From Nannocystales bacterium (GTDB lineage Bacteria; Myxococcota_A; Polyangia; Nannocystales; Nannocystaceae), in assembly GCA_050633305.1 (NCBI GenBank), contig JBOEGF010000013.1, positions 1-64,000 on the forward strand: 64,000 nucleotides of DNA, given 5' to 3'. Of this stretch, positions 28,612 to 38,701 are shown one piece after another. A model generated the notes under the pieces. The model did not search any database and was not told the DNA's origin. It saw only the letters and a program-made list of their open reading frames with translations. Each line of letters opens with the position of its first letter. The first letter of the stretch is position 1. Position numbers and translations under genes: made by a program.

Positions 28612-29015
28612 AACACACTCGTTCACGCAATTCAGGCGGCCTCACGGTTCCGCACGAGCCAGGAGTGCGGCGGGAACGGGGTCATCGTTTTTCCTCAAGA
28701 ATGGATGTCGATGCGAAACACGGGGCGAGAGCTGCTTGGGCTCGGACCCAGGTTCGTCACCGCGAGCCCGCGACCCCTACCGACTCCACCAAGCGGACGA
28801 TGTGCGCGGCGGGCCCAGTCGCGATCGCGGCAGTCGACCCGTCGGCGTATCACCTGATGGAAGACGAATCAGCGCTCATCGAGAGGCACAGCCCAGAGCA
28901 TTCAGGGCGCAGCCGAGAACCGCAGGACCAGCCGGCGCTGGCCGAGGACCATCAAGCGCCGGTAGATTTGCTCGGGAGTGGAAGAGAAGCAGGCGCTCCC
29001 ACGGATGGCGTGTCG

Positions 29016-29729
29016 TCATTGCACGACCGGGGAGGTGGGAGGCATGGGCCGGTGGGCAACCTCGGCGGCCTCGGTCTCACCAAGGCCCAGAATCTGCAGG
29101 ATGACCGTCGCCGCGCGCTCTGGGAGCCCTACCTTGTCGAGATGCACTGGCGTCGCGCCGGCTGCGGGAAGAGTCGCGCCGGCAGGCATCTCGGCCGCGA
29201 CCACTGCGGCGGAAATGATCGTGCCCCCGACCGCCGTGATCGCCATGAGCGGGTCCGCAGCACGAAACCGGCCCGCGTCGAACCCCCGCTGGACGTCACG
29301 CAGAAAGTACCCGCCTGGCTTGCGCAAGAAAAGTTGTGCAGTGACGACGAACCGGATGAAGAAACGACCCCACACCGGGTCTGCAGCGGCGCGAAGCAGC
29401 ACGCTGCGCACCGAGGCCGCAAGGATCTCGGCAGGGTCGTCTGTCGACTCGGCGATGGCGTTGAGGGCATCCCCAAAAGCATCGACGACCTCGTCCGCGA
29501 GCTGGTTGAAGATGTCGTCCTTCGACTCGAAGTAGTTGTAGAACGAGCCGAAACTGACATCCGCGGCGTCGGTGATCTCGTTGATCGATATCCCCTCTCG
29601 GCCGCGGGTGGACATCAGAGTCATCGCCGCTCGCAGCAAGCGTTCCCGGGTCTCGCGTTTCCGTCGATCGCGACGCGACTCGCCGCCTCCCGCGGCATCT
29701 CTCTTGGAGCTGGCTTTCTTTGGGGCCAT
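29016..29729 (-). CDS. TetR family transcriptional regulator
   Basis: ISINEITDAADVSFGSFYNYFESKDDI HTH. Confidence 0.92.
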   Translation of the reverse strand: MAPKKASSKRDAAGGGESRRDRRKRETRERLLRAAMTLMSTRGREGISINEITDAADVSFGSFYNYFESKDDIFNQLADEVVDAFGDALNAIAESTDDPAEILAASVRSVLLRAAADPVWGRFFIRFVVTAQLFLRKPGGYFLRDVQRGFDAGRFRAADPLMAITAVGGTIISAAVVAAEMPAGATLPAAGATPVHLDKVGLPERAATVILQILGLGETEAAEVAHRPMPPTSPVVQ

Positions 29730-29839
29730 GGCGCGTCACTGTCGCGGCCCGTCGCTCTCAAGTGAGGGTCGCGACCGCACGGTACTGCCGCTTCGGCCGC
29801 CGGACAATACGTGCCGGCGACCGGGACACGCGCGACCGC

Positions 29840-31201
29840 CTAGGGGACGAAGGGAGAATCGTAGGTAAAGGGCAGACCCTCCAGGTCGGTCATCTCGTCC
29901 AACGTGTACATCCTCCCGCCGCCGTAAACCGCGCCTACATCTTCGGAGATCGGGTGGAACAGCGCGTCGTCGCCCTCGAGCGGAGGGGTGCCGGCGTGGG
30001 TCTGAGCCCAGGTGTACCAATAGCGATCGAGCTCGGTGTGCAGCATCCAGAACAGGGGGTCGACGCAAAGCTCGTTGAAGTACGTCAAGGTACCGCGGAC
30101 CTCCGGATCATCCGGGTCCAGGCCGCCTGCCCACAGGTGCATGAGAGCATGGGGCGGTGGCCTCACGATGTCGGTCACCACATCGAGCGCGTCCTCGAGG
30201 GCGGGATTGGGCTCGCCAATCGCCGCTGAGATCGCCGCCTCATAGCCCATCCTAGAAATGGCGTTGATGACCTCGATGGCTTCCTCGTTGGAGAGCACGT
30301 CGGCGCCGATCGCCATCACGACTGCGCCCAGGTCTTCGTTGTCGGGCAGCGCCATGACCAGGGCATCCAGAGCCGCCTGCGTGGGCAAGTCGGGCTCTTC
30401 GATTTCGACGCGGTAGTCGATGGCCGTGTAGAAATCTTCGAACTCCGCGCCTTCCAGCACGCGTCCGATCTGAGCGGGCGGGGCCAGATTTGGAAACGCC
30501 GGATGGGTGCCTGGCCAACGACCGATCTGAATGTCGTAGCGCTCTCCCTCGCTGCCGTGCCCGGCATGTCCCTCGGGAAGGTTCTCTGGCGCGATCGCAG
30601 TTCCCCCCGGTGGCAGGTATTCCCCGAGCCAGGCGGGTACGGCTTGGTCATGCGCCGCGTCCCAGTACGGGATGAACACCAGGTCGCCTTCTGCCGGGTC
30701 GAGTCCTTCCGCCTGGTTGCGCTCGCGTAGGGCAGCCTGAAGCATCATCTCGGCCTCCAGCACGAAGGAGCGGTGCCAAGGAAAGAGGCGATGTCCGTGC
30801 GTGGTCGACATGATGCGGATGAACAACGGAGAGTCCGGCATGAGCTCCGCCCCGTGATGTCGTTGACTGTGGTCCCCATGGGAGTCACAGAACGCGTCCA
30901 TCCAGCCCTGGTCGATTGCGTAGCTGAACGCGCGCTCGAACCGATCGACCTCGGTGCTGCTCATGGTCGAGGCACTGACCCGAACGACCGGCTCGCTGGG
31001 GCCCGGTGTCCCCGTGCTCTCCGAGCCGCTCGGGTCTTCTGTGTCCGTCGGGACTGCGGATGTGCTGCTCGTCGGAGCATCGGTGTCGCTCGTGTCCGCC
31101 GTGGTCGCGGCGCTGCTGTCGTCCCCGCACGCGACAAGCGCGAGCATCGCGACGGAGACGGGGATGGAGAATAGGCGTGAGGTTGACTTGAGGCGTGGCA
31201 T
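29840..31201 (-). CDS. Tyrosinase-family (type-3 copper) lipoprotein
   Basis: LVAC lipobox; CuA-like H...H..LFPWHR, IPYWD; CuB-like PHALMH...DPLFWMLH..LDR.W; AGGAG RBS. Confidence 0.85.
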   Translation of the reverse strand: MPRLKSTSRLFSIPVSVAMLALVACGDDSSAATTADTSDTDAPTSSTSAVPTDTEDPSGSESTGTPGPSEPVVRVSASTMSSTEVDRFERAFSYAIDQGWMDAFCDSHGDHSQRHHGAELMPDSPLFIRIMSTTHGHRLFPWHRSFVLEAEMMLQAALRERNQAEGLDPAEGDLVFIPYWDAAHDQAVPAWLGEYLPPGGTAIAPENLPEGHAGHGSEGERYDIQIGRWPGTHPAFPNLAPPAQIGRVLEGAEFEDFYTAIDYRVEIEEPDLPTQAALDALVMALPDNEDLGAVVMAIGADVLSNEEAIEVINAISRMGYEAAISAAIGEPNPALEDALDVVTDIVRPPPHALMHLWAGGLDPDDPEVRGTLTYFNELCVDPLFWMLHTELDRYWYTWAQTHAGTPPLEGDDALFHPISEDVGAVYGGGRMYTLDEMTDLEGLPFTYDSPFVP

Positions 31202-31335
31202 CGCAGCTCCTGAGCGACCGCGCGCGGAGTGTGGCGCTCACGAGCGCACGGTCGGCTTTGCATCAAACGGCGAGCCGGCACCGGCCAAATGGGACCTGCG
31301 CTCACCCGCCGTTTTCTTTCGATGGCTCAATTATC

Positions 31336-31359
31336 AAACTTGATGAAGTTATCAAGTTT
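31336..31359. promoter_or_regulatory. AT-rich palindromic operator upstream of the tyrosinase-TetR pair
   Basis: AAACTTGAT-GAAGTT-ATCAAGTTT perfect 9-bp inverted repeat. Confidence 0.65.
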
Positions 31360-31569
31360 ATTTTCGATCGTGACTCTCTGCCTACGGTCGCCCGGCTTCC
31401 CACCCGCCCCCGTCCACCGACACGGCGGCAACGGCGCCATACGCGCAGAAAGGGTCCTCTCCGAGACTTCTGGTGTCCATTCGGGTTGGCGACCCGCGAT
31501 CTGCCCCCATCGTCTCCGGTGCGCTCAGCCTACCCGGCGGTTGGCGCTGCTCCCCACGGGTGGTGATCT

Positions 31570-32041
31570 TCGCCGGTGTGACTGAGCAGCCTTCTTGTCG
31601 TGACCCCATCGGTGGCAGGACCAGTGCTCGGCAAGACCCATGGCGCGAGGCATGCGTCCACCGGCCGGTCCAGGTCGAGCCTTCCCGACTCGACCAGCAC
31701 CATTGCCGCGGTCGCCGACACCACCTTGCTCACAGGCCCGACGTTGAAGCGCGTGTCGGGACGGATCGACGCTCCGCTTTCGACGTCCGAAACCCGTAGG
31801 TCCACACGCCGGCAACCTCCCCACCAACCACGACCGCAACCGCCACTCCTGGAATCGCCCACTCGTCGAATAGGCGCGGAAGGTCGCGGTCGAGACGTGC
31901 TCGCAGCACTCCCGCGGGTTCATCTGATACGACCTCCGACCTCGGAACAGGAGCCGAGTCGGAGGGGCGCGTCGCGTCGTGAACCGTCGGCGGCTTGCAC
32001 CCCAACAGAGGCACGAGACACATCGCATACACCCTACGCAT
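31570..32041 (-). pseudogene. Serine hydrolase/beta-lactamase-family lipoprotein remnant
   Basis: IPGVAVAVV, frameshift near 31790, TRFNVGPVSK (SxxK Ser replaced by Pro), LDLDRPV, TTRRLLSHTG, then truncated. Confidence 0.8.
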
Positions 32042-32164
32042 CGACGGCCCCCTCATCATGAAGCCCAGGGTATGCAGCCTCATCACAAGACGCCAATCTG
32101 GCCTCCACTCCCAGCGCGGCCAAGGGCCACCAAGTCTCCAGTGTCTCCAAACCGGCTCAATGCG

Positions 32165-33727
32165 TCAGGGCGCCGCCAGTCTGAGGTAGCGGATCGTGGA
32201 CGCGCTCGGCGGGCCCTCGACGAGAGCGAGGTGAACTCGGCCGGCATCGTCCACAAACGCGGACATCGACGTCACGCGTGCGTCGGACAGCAGCGTGGAC
32301 GTGTGCATGGCGTCGTCCTCGAGCCACGCGACCTGCAGGGAGTACTCGCTGTCGTCGCTGACATCGTTCCAGTAGCAGGACGCCCCGCCACCGAAGCAGT
32401 CCGCCTGCGCGGTCCCCAAGCGATCCGCCACCGCGAAGAACGCGAGGACGGCGTCGTTCGCCCCGGCTACGACCGCGAGCGGGCGTGCTTCGACATAGTC
32501 GTAGTCGCAGAGTTCGTCCGCGGTCATGCCCTCCGTTGGGCACACGACGCCGTCATCGGTCTCGACGACGTGGGTGCTCCACGTGCCTGCGCCGGTCCGA
32601 TGTGCAAGTTCGGTCTGCATCCGGCCCGGTTCGACGACGGTGAGCCCGAGAATCCATGGCACCCCATCCGCGCCAACGGTCGCTGCATACCCGAGCGGAA
32701 GTGCCTGTGGCAGCCAATCCGAACTTGGCCACCAGCCCGAGGCAACCATGACCTCTTCTGTGACCCCTTCCGATCGCCACCTGACCACGCGATCGAACGA
32801 GTTGCTCGGGATGTCGAACGCGCCCGTCCTCATCCAAGTCGCCTGCCAGACGTCGTCGACCCCCATCAAGTGCGGGAGCTCTGGCGCAGACCCGACCTGG
32901 AAGCTATTCAGCACGCTCCAAGCCGAACCGTCGAACGCATTGACGTTGATGCTGACCATGCTGTCGTCCGTCGCAGCGCGGGCAGTGGAGTCCCCGGTAC
33001 GAATGACACCGCGCGATCGAACGGTTTGAAAGCTCGCGATCTCGCTGTCATAAGTCCATCCCTCGTCGTCGCGATGCCAAAGCCGATTGCCCTGCACCCC
33101 GCCCGAGATCATGATCTGAGTCCGCGCATTGTCGGCATCGTAGTCGAGACCGCCGCGGTTGAACGTCTCTGCGGCAGGCTCGAGCGTCCACACGCCTTCG
33201 GTATCGCGGACCGCCAAGCCTGCAAAGGTGTCGGCATCCGGGTTCAACGACGAGGTCAAGATTTGTGGCTCGCAGTCGGTGTCGACGACCAACCCTGGCG
33301 CGTCCGCACGCGCCCCAGGCAATGCGTCGACGAGCTCGTCGAGTTCGACGACGCATTCACCACCCACGCCACACAACGAGCCCGCGTAGGGAAACCCACC
33401 ATCGAAGCACGAGACGGCTTGGCGACCGGAGCTCGACGAATCCTCTGTTGACGAGCTGGAGGTGGAGGCAGAGGTAGAGCCGTGACTGCTGGACCCGTCG
33501 CTGGATTCGGTCGTGCTGGCAAAGTCCCCTGTCGTGCCACTACTGCTGGACCCTGACCCCGTCGGCACGCCCCCACTGGACGACGTCGAATTCACATCAC
33601 CGCCAGTGGTGTCGGCGGCCGAGCTCGATCCCTCATCGTTGGACGCAGTGTCATCACTCGAGCATCCGAGCATATTCACCACCGTCACAAGTCCGCCAAT
33701 CGTCGCCCAACGAAGCCCATTATTCAT
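32165..33727 (-). CDS. Hypothetical lipoprotein with S/T linker
   Basis: MLGC lipobox, Ser/Thr/Gly linker, Cys pairs, beta-rich body. Confidence 0.75.
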   Translation of the reverse strand: MNNGLRWATIGGLVTVVNMLGCSSDDTASNDEGSSSAADTTGGDVNSTSSSGGVPTGSGSSSSGTTGDFASTTESSDGSSSHGSTSASTSSSSTEDSSSSGRQAVSCFDGGFPYAGSLCGVGGECVVELDELVDALPGARADAPGLVVDTDCEPQILTSSLNPDADTFAGLAVRDTEGVWTLEPAAETFNRGGLDYDADNARTQIMISGGVQGNRLWHRDDEGWTYDSEIASFQTVRSRGVIRTGDSTARAATDDSMVSINVNAFDGSAWSVLNSFQVGSAPELPHLMGVDDVWQATWMRTGAFDIPSNSFDRVVRWRSEGVTEEVMVASGWWPSSDWLPQALPLGYAATVGADGVPWILGLTVVEPGRMQTELAHRTGAGTWSTHVVETDDGVVCPTEGMTADELCDYDYVEARPLAVVAGANDAVLAFFAVADRLGTAQADCFGGGASCYWNDVSDDSEYSLQVAWLEDDAMHTSTLLSDARVTSMSAFVDDAGRVHLALVEGPPSASTIRYLRLAAP

Positions 33728-33779
33728 AGGACCAGGAGAGTACCTGAAACAGGCATCCGCTGGAGGCGACTTCCCCCTC

Positions 33780-34661
33780 TCAGTTCATTGGGACGAGCCA
33801 GCCCTCGAGACCGTCGAGGATCCACGCCGCGCTCACGACTCGCCCGTTGGAATACGTAGCGACGACCTCGCCGCGAGGGGAGAGAGTCAACTCGCGTAGA
33901 ACGCCGGGCTCGCGTCCATCGCTCGAAACGCCTCGTACGGAGGATGCGCCGGCAACCGAAGTGGTGCGCGCAGGGTCGAATTCGAGGTGCCATACCGCTT
34001 CGTTGTCCTCTGCCCAAGGTGCGATGAGCGGCTCGCCTTCCACCTGTGCCAGCTCGCCGTCGGCTCCGAAGTCCAATGTCACGACACCGAGCAGCTCGTC
34101 CTGACCTTCAACTCCCCGCTCGGCCATGGGATAAACCTTCCACTTGTCGGGGGTCTGGGCGAAGAAGACCTGCACCTCGACACTGACTCCCATCTCGTCG
34201 TAGATGGAGATCGAGGTTTGGTAGTCCGATGTAAACACCGGGTCGAGGGGGTCGAACGGAAGCCGCGGGACCGTTCGATCGAGATTGACCGCAAGTTCGA
34301 CTGTCTGCGTCGCGACGCCGGGAATCGCCAACGGGACCGACACCGGGCTGAGCGTCGGAACTTCGACGCTTACGCCAAGAACTGACCGGTCGTCTTCGTC
34401 AACAAGCGCTCCCTGCTCATCGACGCGAAGGTGGAGTTCGTTCTCGTCGAGGACCCGCCCTTCATCGGAGACCTGTACCGTTCCAGCGCCACACACGAAT
34501 ACGGAGATGTCCCCGTTCCCCAGCTCAAACGGGTTCTCAGCGACGCCTGCGCCCTCGCAGGCCCGAGGTGCGAGGCCCTCGTTTTCGTCCTGTGAAGCCC
34601 CGCATCCGGACGCTACGAGGGTGGTGAACACAGCGGCAAGAAGATGACGGTCGACGCGCAT
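33780..34661 (-). CDS. Lipoprotein comprising flagellar hook FlgE D1/D2 (FlaE)-like domains
   Basis: ASGC lipobox; VDEQGALVD, ATQTVELAVNLD, FDP.DP..SDYQTSISIYDEMG, VFFAQT, LDFGADG, DGREPG.L..L..G.VVATYSNG. Confidence 0.75.
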   Translation of the reverse strand: MRVDRHLLAAVFTTLVASGCGASQDENEGLAPRACEGAGVAENPFELGNGDISVFVCGAGTVQVSDEGRVLDENELHLRVDEQGALVDEDDRSVLGVSVEVPTLSPVSVPLAIPGVATQTVELAVNLDRTVPRLPFDPLDPVFTSDYQTSISIYDEMGVSVEVQVFFAQTPDKWKVYPMAERGVEGQDELLGVVTLDFGADGELAQVEGEPLIAPWAEDNEAVWHLEFDPARTTSVAGASSVRGVSSDGREPGVLRELTLSPRGEVVATYSNGRVVSAAWILDGLEGWLVPMN

Positions 34662-34674
34662 GACCCAGACAAGG

Positions 34675-34690
34675 AGCACATTCCGTGCCA
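34675..34690 (-). promoter_or_regulatory. Sigma-54 -24/-12 promoter
   Basis: TGGCAC-GGAAT-GTGCT ending 13 nt before the ATG at 34661. Confidence 0.55.
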
Positions 34691-34857
34691 GAGGTAATGC
34701 ATCGAGAACCGGCAAGGGCCAGGTCCGAGGGCCGGTGGTGCGAAACACAACATTCCGGCTCGACGGTACGACAACAAGCGGAACCCGAGTCGTCCTCGAC
34801 ACTGTGGTGTCGCGAATACGAGGCCGATGCTGCCCCCGCGGCGTGAGGCTCGTCCTG

Positions 34858-35616
34858 CTAGCGAGCCGGCGTTGGTCGGTGCTCGGCGAACATACGGAGT
34901 GCGAACGCGCCCGCGGGGTGTTCCCGATACTCCACCAACAGCCCACGGGTCGGTTCGGGGAATTCCTCGGGAGCCGGAAGCGGAACCCCGTACTGGGCGG
35001 GAGCTGTAATCGCAGCGGCCATGCAAGCGAACGTCAGGTCGGCCGCGGTGAAATGGTCCCCGGTGAGGAAGGGACGGCCATCGCTCAGACGCGCCTCGAC
35101 CTCATCGAACACGCGCCGCACATGCACGAACGCCGCGGAAACTTTCTGCTCGTTGACCTCCAGATATCCGCGGGCATATCGCTCGAAGAATGGAAACGCC
35201 AACCATGCCAGGCCACGCTGGTACCGCGGTGCTCGCCCACCGTTGAAGACCAACGCCGGTCGCCCCCATCGGAAGAAGTGCTCGTACATGATCCGACGCG
35301 CCTCCACCCCCAGAGGCTCGGTGAGTTCATGCTCGAGCTCGAGCGTCTCTTGTCGTGCGCCAGGGTCCTCGGGGTACAGCCGCCGATTCGAAGGTGCCCG
35401 AGCGTCGGCATATTGGACGATCTCCGCCGAGTCGGTGAGCACCGTCCCGTCGTCCGTGACCAAGACAGGGACGGTCTTGCCGCCTCCGCTGCGTCGGACC
35501 GGTCCGTAGTGGAACATCTGGAGGTGTTGCTCCTCCCGATACTCCAGCCCCGCGTATTCCAGGGCCCAGCGCGCGCGCTCGCAGTAGTGCGAGATCGGAA
35601 TCGTCAGCAGTCGCAA
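34858..35616 (-). CDS. Glutathione S-transferase family protein
   Basis: SHYCERARWAL, TVPVL, DSAEI, GDHFTAADLTFA; GGAGG RBS. Confidence 0.9.
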   Translation of the reverse strand: MRLLTIPISHYCERARWALEYAGLEYREEQHLQMFHYGPVRRSGGGKTVPVLVTDDGTVLTDSAEIVQYADARAPSNRRLYPEDPGARQETLELEHELTEPLGVEARRIMYEHFFRWGRPALVFNGGRAPRYQRGLAWLAFPFFERYARGYLEVNEQKVSAAFVHVRRVFDEVEARLSDGRPFLTGDHFTAADLTFACMAAAITAPAQYGVPLPAPEEFPEPTRGLLVEYREHPAGAFALRMFAEHRPTPAR

Positions 35617-35638
35617 GGTCGCCCCCCTCCCGGGCTCG

Positions 35639-35971
35639 TCACATCGTCTTCACCTTCGCGCATGCGTGCTCGTTCTTTTCGTCCCCCTCACCACCCTCGC
35701 ACAACTTCGTGCACGCGTCCTTCCCCATCTCGGTGCACATGGTCTCCGTCACGCCCTTGAACGCGTTGCAAGCATCCTCGTCTTTGGTGACGTCGCACGC
35801 GATCCCGCACGCTTGGTAGGCCGGAGCCGCCAGGTCCTTCGCGGCCTCATCCTCTGCCTTTGCGGCCTCGTCGAACTTCGCGAAGTCCTCCAGGCACATC
35901 TTGGTCGCGGCATCTTTGCCGCAGGCAGTGGTTGCGAGGAGCAGTGCGAGAGCGATCAGGGGGCGGGTCAC
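35639..35971 (-). CDS. Small Cys-rich helical lipoprotein
   Basis: LLLATTAC lipobox; repeated AC motifs. Confidence 0.75.
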   Translation of the reverse strand: MTRPLIALALLLATTACGKDAATKMCLEDFAKFDEAAKAEDEAAKDLAAPAYQACGIACDVTKDEDACNAFKGVTETMCTEMGKDACTKLCEGGEGDEKNEHACAKVKTM

Positions 35972-36057
35972 ACGAGGGTAGAGTCGGCTCGCCGGCCACC
36001 GGATCACGCTTCACCCACTTTTTTGCCCAGACGGTCTCAGACAACCCTTCCCGCCAA

Positions 36058-37014
36058 CTACGCGGCCTTGGCTTGTTGCGCGGGCAGAAATCCGGCCAAG
36101 GTCTGTGCAACCGCGGTGTCCAGCGGCGTCGGCTCGATCCCGAACGTTCGGCGGAAGTCACCATCATCGAGCACGTAGGGCACATCCCACTGATACCGCA
36201 TGGTCAGAACCGCGCCGAGCATCGGAGAGAACACGCGCGCGAGCTTGAGAACCCACTCGGGTACCACGCTGACCTTCAGCTTCGTGCCGGCATGGCGAGC
36301 GAAGACTTCGAGCAACGTCCGGGTGTCCGTCGTCGAGGTCGTCGGCAAGTGCCATGCCCGCCCCACCGCTTCGGGACGAGTACCAAGCGTCGCCAGACCG
36401 CGGACGACATCCGGCGTGTAGGAGTAGCCATGGGCCGTGTCGACGTTGCCCAGCTGGTAGACACGGCCGCCGTTTGCAATCGCCTCGAGTACGTCCGGAC
36501 GGATGACTGCGCTCAGGTCCGCACCCGGCCCGAAGAAGTCGGAGGCGTGCCCCACGGTGACCTCGAGTTCCCCACGCGCGTGCCGTGCCCAAAGTTCCTC
36601 GTTCATCGCCTTGCGAATCTCCCCGTGTGGGGAGCACGGACGCATCGGCGTGCGCTCGTCGAACGGCGACTCGGGGGGCCGCCCATACATGTAGAGGTTG
36701 TCGAGCTGGACGAGCCGGGCCCCTGGCCCCGCGGCTGCGTCCCAGATCGCGCGATACAACGGCTGCAACACCCCATCCCAACGCCCGTAGTCTGGAGGGT
36801 TGGTACAGTTGTAGACCGCGACCGAGCCTTCGCATGCCTGGGCCGCAAAGGCTGGGTCTGTGGCGTCGCCTTGCATCCACTCCACCCCGTCGATGGCCTC
36901 TCCAGGGGCGCTGCGCCGGACGAGCCGGACAGCATGACCCTGCGCTGCGAGCTCGATGGCGAGGGGTTTTCCGACCTGGCCCGCGCCGAAGATGGTGTGT
37001 TGCTGCGTCTCCAT
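36058..37014 (-). CDS. NAD-dependent epimerase/dehydratase family protein
   Basis: IFGAGQVG, DNLYMYG, SDFFGPG, YSYTPD. Confidence 0.9.
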   Translation of the reverse strand: METQQHTIFGAGQVGKPLAIELAAQGHAVRLVRRSAPGEAIDGVEWMQGDATDPAFAAQACEGSVAVYNCTNPPDYGRWDGVLQPLYRAIWDAAAGPGARLVQLDNLYMYGRPPESPFDERTPMRPCSPHGEIRKAMNEELWARHARGELEVTVGHASDFFGPGADLSAVIRPDVLEAIANGGRVYQLGNVDTAHGYSYTPDVVRGLATLGTRPEAVGRAWHLPTTSTTDTRTLLEVFARHAGTKLKVSVVPEWVLKLARVFSPMLGAVLTMRYQWDVPYVLDDGDFRRTFGIEPTPLDTAVAQTLAGFLPAQQAKAA

Positions 37015-37079
37015 GGCCTCAACATAGGATTTGCATCCACATCCCGAAAGTCGTCGTTATTCGACTAGGCTTTGCATCC

Positions 37080-37982
37080 ATGCAACCCCTGCGATGGGAC
37101 GACCTGCGCATTCTCCTGGCCGTGTTCCGAGAAGGCTCACTCAAGAGAGCCTCCGCCTCGTTGGACATCAACATCTCCACCGCCTCTCGCAGGATCGACG
37201 CGCTGGAGGCCTTGGTGGGGGCCCGCTTGTTCGACCGGACCCCTGACGGAGCCAAGCCCACCGACGCCGCCGAGCGGCTCGTGCCCCATGCCGAGACGAT
37301 GGAGCGCGGCGCGACTGGCTTCCTTCAAGTCGCCGAGGGTCTCGAGGTGGAGCCCGAGGGCATCGTCCGTCTCGCAGCGCCCCCGGGCGTCGCCGACCAC
37401 TTCCTCGTTCCCCAACTCCGTTCGCTGATCGATCGCCATCCCAAAGTCCGGTTGCAGATCCTCGCGGGCATTGGATACGCCGACCTCAGCCGTCGAGAGG
37501 CCGACCTCGCGCTTCGCCTCCGTAGACCGACCGGCGGAGACTTCACAGTCCGGCGCATCGCAAATGATGGCTATGTGGCGATCACCTGCGCCGATACACC
37601 CACGCAGCGAGCGGTGTCCGATGCGTCGCGGTGTCGCTGGGTGACCTGGGGCGAAGACCTACACGACCGGGCCGACCGAGCGTGGGTGTTTGAGCAAGCG
37701 GGCGCGGAGGCGATTGTGTTGGAGACCAGCAGCATGACCGCCCAGATCGAGGCCGTGCGTATGGGGCTTGCCGCGATGCTGGTTCCCGTGCCCTACGTGA
37801 CCCTCCGCGGGGTCAAGCGACTGAAGCTCTCGAAGGCATTGGAGGCGTCTCTGCAGGCGATCCCGCCAGACCCACTGTGGCTCGTGGGGCACCGGGCGTT
37901 GCGAGAGGTTCCCAGGATTGCTGCGGTGTGGGAATGGCTTCTCGAGGGGATGAGCTTCGTGAATCCACGGGTTGACCGGTGA
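37080..37982 (+). CDS. LysR family transcriptional regulator
   Basis: WDDLRILLAV..GSLKRAS..L....STASRRI..LE; LSRREADLALR; divergent from the epimerase, with TTTGCATCCA repeated at 37030 and 37071. Confidence 0.92.
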   Translation: MQPLRWDDLRILLAVFREGSLKRASASLDINISTASRRIDALEALVGARLFDRTPDGAKPTDAAERLVPHAETMERGATGFLQVAEGLEVEPEGIVRLAAPPGVADHFLVPQLRSLIDRHPKVRLQILAGIGYADLSRREADLALRLRRPTGGDFTVRRIANDGYVAITCADTPTQRAVSDASRCRWVTWGEDLHDRADRAWVFEQAGAEAIVLETSSMTAQIEAVRMGLAAMLVPVPYVTLRGVKRLKLSKALEASLQAIPPDPLWLVGHRALREVPRIAAVWEWLLEGMSFVNPRVDR

Positions 37983-38028
37983 GAACCTCCTCGCTGTTCT
38001 CGCTCCTCGTGGCTTGCGACCTCGCGCC

Positions 38029-38364
38029 CTATCGGCAGTCAAAGATCGACGAACAGTCGAAGTCGAGACAATCAACGAATCCATCAAGGTCGTTATCGCC
38101 CCCATCGAGACAGGCGTCGAAGCTGTTCTCAGGCCCCTTCACGGGACAGGGTACCAAGCACACGGTTACACCGGCCCCATACAAACAGGCAAAATCCTCG
38201 CAGTCCACGAAGCTATCGTAGTCATTGTCCACCCCGTCGCTGCACAACGCGTCGGTATAGCGATGTGCCGGATCCGTGGAGCATCTGAATCGCACCTGCA
38301 CCTGCACCTGCACCTGCACCTGCACCCCACTGGGCCGCCCGAGCCGGGGTCGGTGAAAGCCATG
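38029..38364 (-). pseudogene. Remnant of a Cys/Asp-rich Ca-binding repeat protein
   Basis: Two C.DG.DND.D.FVDC.D..C units; frame breaks around a (GCACCT)5 tract; no signal peptide. Confidence 0.6.
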
Positions 38365-38404
38365 TCCGTTGCGCAACCTCATGGGGTTCCACCGCAGGTC
38401 AACG

Positions 38405-38420
38405 TGGCACGCCCGTTGCT
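38405..38420 (+). promoter_or_regulatory. Sigma-54 -24/-12 promoter
   Basis: TGGCAC-GCCCG-TTGCT, 12 nt before ATG 38433. Confidence 0.65.
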
Positions 38421-38432
38421 AACGCGGGGGTC

Positions 38433-38645
38433 ATGCCTAACCACAAACCCCACCTCCTTGCCGCCGCTCTGCTCGGCTGCATCTACGTCACCGGTTGCGA
38501 TGCATCCGCGCCTCTCGATGGACCAGACGAGGCAAGTCAGGAGGACCGAGGCCCGATCGGTAAGGCCGACAACATCGGCTCCTGTGCACCCGTCGACGAT
38601 GAAATCGCCTGTGGGAGACACAGCATCGAAGGCAGATGCCTAGTT
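38433..38645 (+). pseudogene. Truncated GKAD-type lipoprotein N-terminus
   Basis: VTGC lipobox, GKADNIGSC...CG..S.EG.C; the ORF then continues antisense into the next gene. Confidence 0.55.
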
Positions 38646-38701
38646 GGCGTCCCCTCGCTCCGGCCTGGAGACTGCGCGCGAGTGCTGACAAGGACAACCC
38701 G

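Noticed and set aside
28860..28965. Possible IS4 transposase C-terminal remnant (RRWPRTIKRR)
   Set aside because: Too short, with no DDE motif or terminal repeats to support it.
38292..38326. (GCACCT)5 as a phase-variation tract
   Set aside because: A hexamer unit keeps frame and encodes a Gly-Ala linker within a remnant.
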